Assembly: GCA_049325535.1 (NCBI GenBank)
Contig: JBMOKY010000001.1
Coordinates: 157,002-221,001 of the forward strand
Direction: 5' to 3'
Length of the DNA stretch: 64,000 nt
Source: Patescibacteria group bacterium
Lineage (GTDB): Bacteria > Patescibacteriota > Patescibacteriia > UBA10025 > JAHIVO01
The notes under the pieces were generated by a model. It was given only the letters and a program-made list of their open reading frames with translations, was not told where the DNA came from and did not search any database. Positions within the stretch are counted from its first letter, which is position 1. Every line of letters begins with the position of its first letter. A program made the translations under genes and the position numbers. Positions 58,001 to 64,000 of the stretch are shown one piece after another.

Positions 58001-61000
58001 TCGCAGACAGTACAGAACAATGGCACTATTCGTTTTAGGAATTTATCATGCAGTGCCGGGGTGAACCGGCTGTATTTCCGGGTGTTTGCCTCCATCAGCG
58101 GAAGCGACAGTGATACGTCCATTTCTACGGCATCACCGGTCCGGGTGGACGTGTTGCCCCCGTGCCAGCCTGGCCAGCCTACCTATGCCGGTCCAAAAGG
58201 ATATGATTTCATCAATTGGAACTGGACGGCGCCCGCTACCATCCAGGCCATCACCGATCGAGATTTCTATGATTTTAGTCTCGGTCTGTATGCCAATGCC
58301 GGACTAGCTAATCCCTGGACGCAAACCGGCCTGCTGCCGAATACTGCTCATCGAGTTATGGTGCGCGCGTGTGACGCGGGCAATGCCAATAATGGTTTTG
58401 TCGAACGGTGTGGCCAGTGGTCTGTTTACTCTATATATAATTACACGTATGCAGCGCCGCCAAATGTCGATGTGTCGTGTGATTATGGCAGCGCGCTGGA
58501 TGATTATTTCTGCCGGGTCACCCTGACAGAAGCGTCGCCCCCGAATCCAAGCAGTCCCATTACTTCATATAAAGTAGATCATTGCAATGGCACCACTGCT
58601 TTTGATTGTGAAGGATTTGGAGCAACCTGGGCTTCCGTCGTGCCGCCGGGGTACTTTGCTCCTACTGGGTGGTTCAGTAAAAATTGGAATACGGAAGTCA
58701 CATTTACGTTTTCGGAAAGTAATCTGAGTTTCCAATCGTTCATGTCGTGCCAGCCGGATCATACATACCAATTTTTCCGGGTGTCGGTCAGGAATAGTAA
58801 TGGTGAAATAGAGCCGCTCTTCATCATAGGCGGGCCGTATGATACGCTGCCGCCGTGCCAACCGCAGAATCTCAACCATACGAATCAGAATCTGACCAGT
58901 TTGCGCTGGACGTGGACGGCGCCGTCGGGCGGGGAAACGGTATCCCAGTACACCGGCAGCACTTCCGGTTGCGGCACCAGTACCACGCCCTATACCACGC
59001 CAAACGCGTACCGTGACCAGAGTGGCACGCAGATCAATGCGCTGTGCACCGTGGAAGTCGGAGCACAGGATGCCCGGTCCCGTGTCGGCAGGAAAGTGAG
59101 CACCTCGGCGTATACATCGATCCAGGCGGTGACGGACATTTTATTTAATGATGTCCGAACAAATGAAATATCTATCCAGGCGAATTCTTCCACGGGAATA
59201 TTTTCAAATCTCGGAGCCGGATCAGCCGCCACGGGCGGCCCGGCCGGCATTCGATTCCGCAATAACCCGGTCGGCCCGGGCGGTGGTGGCGGCACATCAT
59301 TTACCTCTTGGGCAAATTCTGTGGCCGCAACTGACAGCGGTTTGTCGGCAAACCGTAACTATTGTTATCAAGCCAGCTCGCGCAATGGCAATGGAGATTA
59401 TAATCCATTATCACCCAATAATTACCAGCCAGTACCCGCTCAGTGCCGCTATACCCTGGCGGCTGTCCCGACTGCGCCGTTGCTGATCCGTGCCGAGGAT
59501 GGCACCTCGGCAAATATCACCGTGCGGACCAATGACGGCAATCCGCAGAGCAGCCCGGCCACGCAGTACGCGCTCTGCGTGACTAAATACGCGGCAGATG
59601 GGACGAAAGAGTTCGAGCGCTATGCCCGGCAGAATGGCAGCATCGATTTCTCCGGCCCGAGTTTCCAGTGCGCTTCTGGCGACGACTCGGGGCATTGGGG
59701 CACTTTTGACCAGTGGGGGGACAATAACGGCGTGGACATCGCGCTTGACCCGTCGAGTAAATATGATTTTGCCCTGAAAGCGCGCAATGGCGACGGGCCT
59801 ATCATCGAAAGTTCTGGTTGTGAAGAGGGTAATACCTGTATCGAGACGACGTTTGGTCCGAAGGCGACGTTGTTCCTGGTGCGGAATAACATTGTCGGTT
59901 GGGCTTGGTCATCGAATCTCGGCTGGATATCTACCAATTGTCTGAATCTCTATAATGTGACGGGATTTGGATTCAGCTGCAGCTCGGCCGAGGACTGGGG
60001 CGTGAATACGTATTTTGAAGCGTCGCGTAATATCAATCCGGTGGGTGGCTATGCCTGGGCGTCTTCCGGGCGGACCATCCCGGCTCAGCGCTGGACTGAC
60101 ATTGCTCAGGTGAATACGGTCCAGCCGGCCCAGACGAATTCGCATACGTCGGCGGACACAAATGTATTTGTCGATTCGTTCGGCCGACCACACCGTATCT
60201 GGGCGCAAGCCTGGCCTGGGTCAGGCGACAATCAGGATATTTTCTATCAGCGGTGGAATGGCCGCGAGTGGGTGACAGCGGGCGGGGCACTCGGCGCGGA
60301 AAATATCTCACAAACAGTAGCGGCATCCAGCCAGCCGACCATCGCATTTGATAACGATGAAAACCCGCATATCGCCTGGGTTGAGGGGACAAATGTCTGG
60401 GTGCTGCACTGGAATCCGACGGCCAATAATGGATTTGGCGGATGGGTATCGCCAACGGGTACGCTGTATCAGCCTGGATTTACTGATGTAAACACGACGC
60501 GGATCAATGTCTCGTCCATTACCGGAGTTGGGCCGGTCGATGGGCATCCCGCGCTCGTGGTTGACGCGGCCAATCATGATCATGTGGCTTTAGCCCACCT
60601 GACTGGTGGTGTGTACTCGGTGTACTATACGGAGTGGAGTGGCAGTGACTGGACGCGACCGGGCGGCGCGGCTGGATATGATGATATCAGCGGGGCATTG
60701 ACGTCGGTCGATCCGCAGCCGTCACTCGACGTGGAGCAGGGTTCGGGATATCCTTTTATCGTCTGGAGTGATGCCGTCAATCAGATTTTATACCGGCGTT
60801 GGGATGGTGCCGCATGGACAGCGGCGACGACCGTCAACGGCAGCACGACCAATGTGCAGAGCCCGAAGATTGTCGTCGATCATACCAATATCCCCCATAT
60901 CGCCTGGGGCAGCGCCACCGGCGTCCGCTATATTCGCTGGAATGCAACGGCTGGGGCCTGGGAATCGATTGATGGCGCCATGCCCGCGGATACCAGCCTG

Positions 61001-64000
61001 AATTATGATGTAGAACTCGGTACAGCTCGTACCTCAATCGGTTTGCGGGTGGATGCCCAGCGCCAGCCGCACCTCATCGGGTATGCCAGCGGAAATCCAC
61101 AGAAGATTTATTATCGCACCTGGGACCCCGCGGCAAAAGCCGCCGCCGGTGGATGGGTGACGGTTTCGGGCGCCACGGGGGCGGGACTGAACGACGAGAA
61201 TGTTGAGGTCGCCAGCCGGAGCGCTGCCGACATCCGCGGGGTTACATTTGATATTAACGGAGAAGGCGATCCATTTGTCATGTGGAGCGAAAATAGCGGC
61301 AGCTCGTGGGACGTATTTTATCGGTCATGGGATTCCGGGTACGGCGAGAGCGGCGCCGGGTGGATCAGTTTCAATACCAATGTCTGCGCCAATAACACGC
61401 AGAAGGGGTGCGCTGATAATTTTGACTGTAGTGGCGCGGCATGTATCGAGAGCGCTGGTACCCCGCCCCAGACGACCGACTGGACCGTGGCATGGGCGGA
61501 TATCGGCACGGCTCTCGGGTCAAATGAGGTCCAGGATTTCGTGTACGATGACGTGACTCCGGGTGGGCCGTATTTCTGGGTGACTTTTGACACGACTGCG
61601 GACAGCATCCAGCAGGTGCGAGCCAGTGACCTGACGGTGGTCGATACCATCGATCTCAATCCGTACGGAGCAGATGACGTAGCCGGTATCGAACTCGATA
61701 CCGTCACCGCCGGCGGGCCGTATCTGTGGGCTACTGCCTGGGAATCGAATCAAGTATTGCGCATACGTATAGCCGATCAGGCGGTGCTCAGTCGGACTCT
61801 GTCATCGTGTTTCAATGGTGGCCTCGGGGAGTATGATACCGATTGCAATCCGAATGGAATCGTCTTTGACCCGGTGACGGCGGATATCTGGGTGACCAAT
61901 CAGGAAGGGGGCAATCTCCACGGCAGTATCAGCCGGATCGAACCGACGACTAATACTGAATTAAACTGCGACGGCACTGTCCCCGGCGGCTCACCAAATC
62001 ACTGCGGCATCTGCTCTGATCCGGCTCATACCACCGAGAGTGCCTGTATCGCCGCCAATCCGGCAAATAACTGGTGGGGAGTGGGGAATAATCCGGTGAG
62101 TCTGCAGCTCGATCTCACCACCCAGTCGCTCTGGACAGGGGATCTGAATGGCCGCCGGTTTGCCAAACTCGACGTGACCACCGGTCAGGTGACGGAATTG
62201 AGCTTGCCTGCTGGGTATGCATATGCGATTTTCGGCCATGCCCGTGTCGGAGCAAATCTCTATGTGCCCCTGACTTCGTATTCCACTCATCCGCTGGGTG
62301 AGTTTGGCACCGGCGCTATCATGATCATCGATCCGGTGACGGCCACTATCATTGATGTGGTGGACATTGGGTTTCCTCGGTATCCGCAGGGGATCGCCTA
62401 TGACGGCAGATATCTCTGGCTTTCCAGCTGGTTTACCACGGGTACGTGTACCAATGACGCTACACTATATTGTAGCGATGGTGGCGATAGTAACGACGGC
62501 GTATGTTCCGGCGGGACCAATAACGGCGCCAGTTGTTATTTCGATTATGGATGTCCGGGCGGGGCGTGTATCCGGCCGGACTGCAGCAGTGTCGGCGGAG
62601 GGTGCAGCAATTCGCAAACCCGCATCTTCCAGTATGAGGCTTCGAGTCTGAAGCTCGTGGATTCGTACGAGGTGTCTCCGACGGATTGGCACCGGTCATA
62701 TAAAGTACTTTTTGCCGATGACGCCATTTGGGTAAATAGTTTGGTCGGATATTTGGCAAAAATTTCACTGGGTACCAGCGAGGGAATGGGATATGGGTAT
62801 TGCTATGATCAGGCAGGCGTGAACGGCAAACGCTACGGCCAGTGTTCCGACGGGGTGGGCGATTGTGTCGCCGATATTGATTGTGCCGCAGGTGAAAATT
62901 GTATCTATTATACATGTGCCAATCATGCCGATTGCCCAAATTATGTACCGACGGGAGCCGATGAGCAGTGCAAAGCCATCGCTACCGCCAGCTTTAGCGG
63001 TATCACCCGGGAAGTGTCCGGCTGGGGTCGCATCCTGTCACTGAAAGCAGCTGGCGAGGCGCAGGGATTTGATGACTGGGGCTGGATCCGATTGGGCGGG
63101 CCATATGACGACCATCAATCCCAATCAGGACAGTACACGCTGTCCGGTACGGAGATTGATTCGCAGCAATTCCTGGGTGACCCGGATGTCAATCCGACCG
63201 ATGTGCAGCTATACACGCTGTTTGGTTGGGGATGGCAGGGTATGCTTATTCCTTCGTCACGAAATAATTCGGTGTGGCTGCCGCATATGAATATCACTGA
63301 AACTGGCAGGGCCGCAGACGACACGCAACGTAATTATGGTTCCCCATCTATTGTTATTGACTCCATCGGTGATCCGCACATGGCCTGGTCAGAATACGAT
63401 GCGGCTAACGCGTCATATGACATATATTATGCCCGGCAGAAACGGGGCAGATGGGAGACCGTAGCCGGTACGGCGTATGTGCCCGGCACCACGGATCCTC
63501 TCGCGTCTGGATTGAACGTGAGTAATGCCAATGGGACGGACGTCTTCTGGCCGAGCCTCAAACTAAATGCAGCTGATGAACCGTATCTGGTCTGGCAGCA
63601 GGGAGGTACCTATGCTGATGGAGGTGAGGTGTATTTCATGCGTTGGGACAGCGCCAGCAGCGGCTGGACCACCCCGGAAAAAATCGATGATGGTGGGACG
63701 CCTGATTTGGCGCTGGATCAAGCAGCCAATCCCCATGTGGCCTACCGCCATGGTACCGGAGCGAATCTGCATGTGTTTTATCGAGTCAGATTGGCCGGCG
63801 CGTGGGTAGATCCTGATGGTGGAACAGATGATCAGCAGGTCGACGTCGGAGCAGTCGGTGGTGCGGCTGGTTTTCCGAAAATTGCCGTGACTACCGGAAC
63901 TCCCGGTATTCCTAGTGTGGTTTGGGTACATGGTACCGGAATCTACTACCGTCAGTGGAGCGCAGCTTCGTCCACATGGCTTACCGCCAGCGGCGATGCA
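55013..64000 (+). CDS. giant TM-anchored surface protein, family B, 3'-partial (>=2996 aa). It has FN3-like modules, YVTN-like propeller repeats and a repeated ~50-aa PHIAW...YYRW module
   Basis: ATG at 55013 lies 1 nt after the stop of the upstream gene. I translated frame 2 by hand from 55013 to 64000 and found no stop. The supplied ORF track lists no frame-1 or frame-2 ORFs at all in this span, presumably because no stop occurs inside the window. N-terminal TM MSRRTIIIIRICGALAILGVLALGVLLAIF. Motifs INWNWTAPATIQAITDRDF, LRWTWTAPSGG, AYDGRYLWLSSW, DENPHIAWVEG and HTNIPHIAWGS. Confidence 0.75.
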   Translation, partial: MSRRTIIIIRICGALAILGVLALGVLLAIFSQQDHTVRKADPEQVADPLVLAHTSNVAAERRNEDGTVSVEYSLFAQQYLTNDPGVFAPIDSSIIPSYRPEYDYENTTNVMHTYFSDDSSREDFIVHTVPGGRRVSFRYVGAQPGKWDVDGSMATFADLFPGVDAVYTIRNDALIEELVVRDEATALALGSVTQEIKLDGLYYKEQADGSITLHDAETRHGVFVIPAPLMYELDSSEPLMSDKLHYDIEEVDDATIILHKVIDPKGKLWMQAAKYPIVVDNSYLGWFDNNMFGEARRSRPNGSSAYSYTFTSPGSDFNRTGTWRTDPPQSCSSCYSFWDYRYYYSFITGVNEMPGNYSFDTSQVIGGKLWLYGYRSGGVVNQVELPTNYVVNVYAGPNIWANISDPAALWGYTSVMNLTYQFPVTTLPNAATQNCYGNPSSCEIAIPLDISDLSLSQTPTGRTQFILEDTWNTYYQNGFLGMWTLRQFFSTTPPYPRLEIIYLPRPVIRVDPQAGTSTTSLEVQIDDDFTDETEYRLERSLAGSSGPWTQICASMSTGGSGSCGTGITYDCTGVTVAGTTGYCSIIDNLSQSSGLTQYSDRHVWYRARVQRTDPVPGESYVSSYSNVEHDYTLAALATSAPSVTVESWSSIKIWPASGMGDEYTNQRSYFASDAEPTKYCIGLWTYPAYPNWNYSPTSDIRYVDDPPSANSTVYTNVPSGTSSGRDLINNGTFPGDPRCLTFYQWVWFPLINPFYASGEWTDYAYLKPNALYAVGTFSQNTRDNTVNNPGVQNFVEIYTRARTPSAPNNPIGANNTSTTLQIALNSTPQSSPTTAPWTNPASTQYNIQIQQGGSWYYLSTAGGSSRLGSPQWGDSTAWNGTTGRTITGLSPATCYNFRSQSRNADGVIGETAAAQWSNTAQYCTPLSPPSAPDVQCGYSTDIGVGYYCDVTLHDTANPSPPYFYKVQRSYNNSVWTNINGGTLTNGTPLTYINTYWSQTVQNNGTIRFRNLSCSAGVNRLYFRVFASISGSDSDTSISTASPVRVDVLPPCQPGQPTYAGPKGYDFINWNWTAPATIQAITDRDFYDFSLGLYANAGLANPWTQTGLLPNTAHRVMVRACDAGNANNGFVERCGQWSVYSIYNYTYAAPPNVDVSCDYGSALDDYFCRVTLTEASPPNPSSPITSYKVDHCNGTTAFDCEGFGATWASVVPPGYFAPTGWFSKNWNTEVTFTFSESNLSFQSFMSCQPDHTYQFFRVSVRNSNGEIEPLFIIGGPYDTLPPCQPQNLNHTNQNLTSLRWTWTAPSGGETVSQYTGSTSGCGTSTTPYTTPNAYRDQSGTQINALCTVEVGAQDARSRVGRKVSTSAYTSIQAVTDILFNDVRTNEISIQANSSTGIFSNLGAGSAATGGPAGIRFRNNPVGPGGGGGTSFTSWANSVAATDSGLSANRNYCYQASSRNGNGDYNPLSPNNYQPVPAQCRYTLAAVPTAPLLIRAEDGTSANITVRTNDGNPQSSPATQYALCVTKYAADGTKEFERYARQNGSIDFSGPSFQCASGDDSGHWGTFDQWGDNNGVDIALDPSSKYDFALKARNGDGPIIESSGCEEGNTCIETTFGPKATLFLVRNNIVGWAWSSNLGWISTNCLNLYNVTGFGFSCSSAEDWGVNTYFEASRNINPVGGYAWASSGRTIPAQRWTDIAQVNTVQPAQTNSHTSADTNVFVDSFGRPHRIWAQAWPGSGDNQDIFYQRWNGREWVTAGGALGAENISQTVAASSQPTIAFDNDENPHIAWVEGTNVWVLHWNPTANNGFGGWVSPTGTLYQPGFTDVNTTRINVSSITGVGPVDGHPALVVDAANHDHVALAHLTGGVYSVYYTEWSGSDWTRPGGAAGYDDISGALTSVDPQPSLDVEQGSGYPFIVWSDAVNQILYRRWDGAAWTAATTVNGSTTNVQSPKIVVDHTNIPHIAWGSATGVRYIRWNATAGAWESIDGAMPADTSLNYDVELGTARTSIGLRVDAQRQPHLIGYASGNPQKIYYRTWDPAAKAAAGGWVTVSGATGAGLNDENVEVASRSAADIRGVTFDINGEGDPFVMWSENSGSSWDVFYRSWDSGYGESGAGWISFNTNVCANNTQKGCADNFDCSGAACIESAGTPPQTTDWTVAWADIGTALGSNEVQDFVYDDVTPGGPYFWVTFDTTADSIQQVRASDLTVVDTIDLNPYGADDVAGIELDTVTAGGPYLWATAWESNQVLRIRIADQAVLSRTLSSCFNGGLGEYDTDCNPNGIVFDPVTADIWVTNQEGGNLHGSISRIEPTTNTELNCDGTVPGGSPNHCGICSDPAHTTESACIAANPANNWWGVGNNPVSLQLDLTTQSLWTGDLNGRRFAKLDVTTGQVTELSLPAGYAYAIFGHARVGANLYVPLTSYSTHPLGEFGTGAIMIIDPVTATIIDVVDIGFPRYPQGIAYDGRYLWLSSWFTTGTCTNDATLYCSDGGDSNDGVCSGGTNNGASCYFDYGCPGGACIRPDCSSVGGGCSNSQTRIFQYEASSLKLVDSYEVSPTDWHRSYKVLFADDAIWVNSLVGYLAKISLGTSEGMGYGYCYDQAGVNGKRYGQCSDGVGDCVADIDCAAGENCIYYTCANHADCPNYVPTGADEQCKAIATASFSGITREVSGWGRILSLKAAGEAQGFDDWGWIRLGGPYDDHQSQSGQYTLSGTEIDSQQFLGDPDVNPTDVQLYTLFGWGWQGMLIPSSRNNSVWLPHMNITETGRAADDTQRNYGSPSIVIDSIGDPHMAWSEYDAANASYDIYYARQKRGRWETVAGTAYVPGTTDPLASGLNVSNANGTDVFWPSLKLNAADEPYLVWQQGGTYADGGEVYFMRWDSASSGWTTPEKIDDGGTPDLALDQAANPHVAYRHGTGANLHVFYRVRLAGAWVDPDGGTDDQQVDVGAVGGAAGFPKIAVTTGTPGIPSVVWVHGTGIYYRQWSAASSTWLTASGDA

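Noticed and set aside
1-64000. CRISPR array or cas genes
   Set aside because: No short, regularly spaced direct repeats separated by unique spacers were seen, and there are no Cas-like ORFs.
43474-64000. Diversity-generating retroelement targeting the giant proteins
   Set aside because: No reverse transcriptase ORF or template/variable repeat pair with adenine-specific differences was found in the window. This could still be tested genome-wide.

Overview
This is a 64 kb window of fairly GC-rich (~56%) bacterial DNA. It uses the standard genetic code: TGA serves as a stop codon, and adjacent genes overlap as ATGA/TAATG. Gene content and style suggest a small-genome, possibly CPR/Patescibacteria-like organism. 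It has few metabolic genes, many giant Cys-rich surface proteins and a reduced type IV secretion-like module; this is an inference.

The layout alternates between strands:
- 1-18.5 kb (+): a 5'-partial giant protein with CBM and dockerin-like modules, a VirB6/TrbL-like polytopic protein with a ~1200-aa C-terminal extension, three tandem paralogs carrying a C-terminal PEP-utilizing swivel-His domain, ribE, ribH and a HAD-like gene.
- 18.5-22 kb (-): an OPRTase-like phosphoribosyltransferase, two histidine-phosphatase paralogs with intrinsic terminators, and a charged membrane protein.
- 22.2-33.5 kb (+): a stand-alone PPDK_N/ATP-grasp gene, a Pro-rich protein, and a Gram-positive-type T4SS-like cluster (PrgI/VirB3-like; VirB4 split into two frames; a VirB8-like candidate; two Cys-rich proteins sharing a near-identical twin-helix hydrophobic module, one fused to an SLT lytic transglycosylase; a TolB-like propeller), followed by radA.
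- 33.5-43.3 kb (-): recG, tRNA-Arg, two tRNA-Ser genes flanking an odd tRNA-derived structured element, comF, clpC-type AAA+, htpX and lemA.
- 43.5-64 kb (+): an array of five giant paralogous surface proteins. The last is an ORF of ~3000 codons that is open to the window edge and absent from the supplied ORF track.

The most unusual candidates are a split rifampin-phosphotransferase/PEP-synthase-like phosphotransfer system (one ATP-grasp module in trans to three substrate-domain+swivel-His paralogs) and the giant-protein array with its conserved N-terminal and C-terminal tags next to the minimal T4SS.
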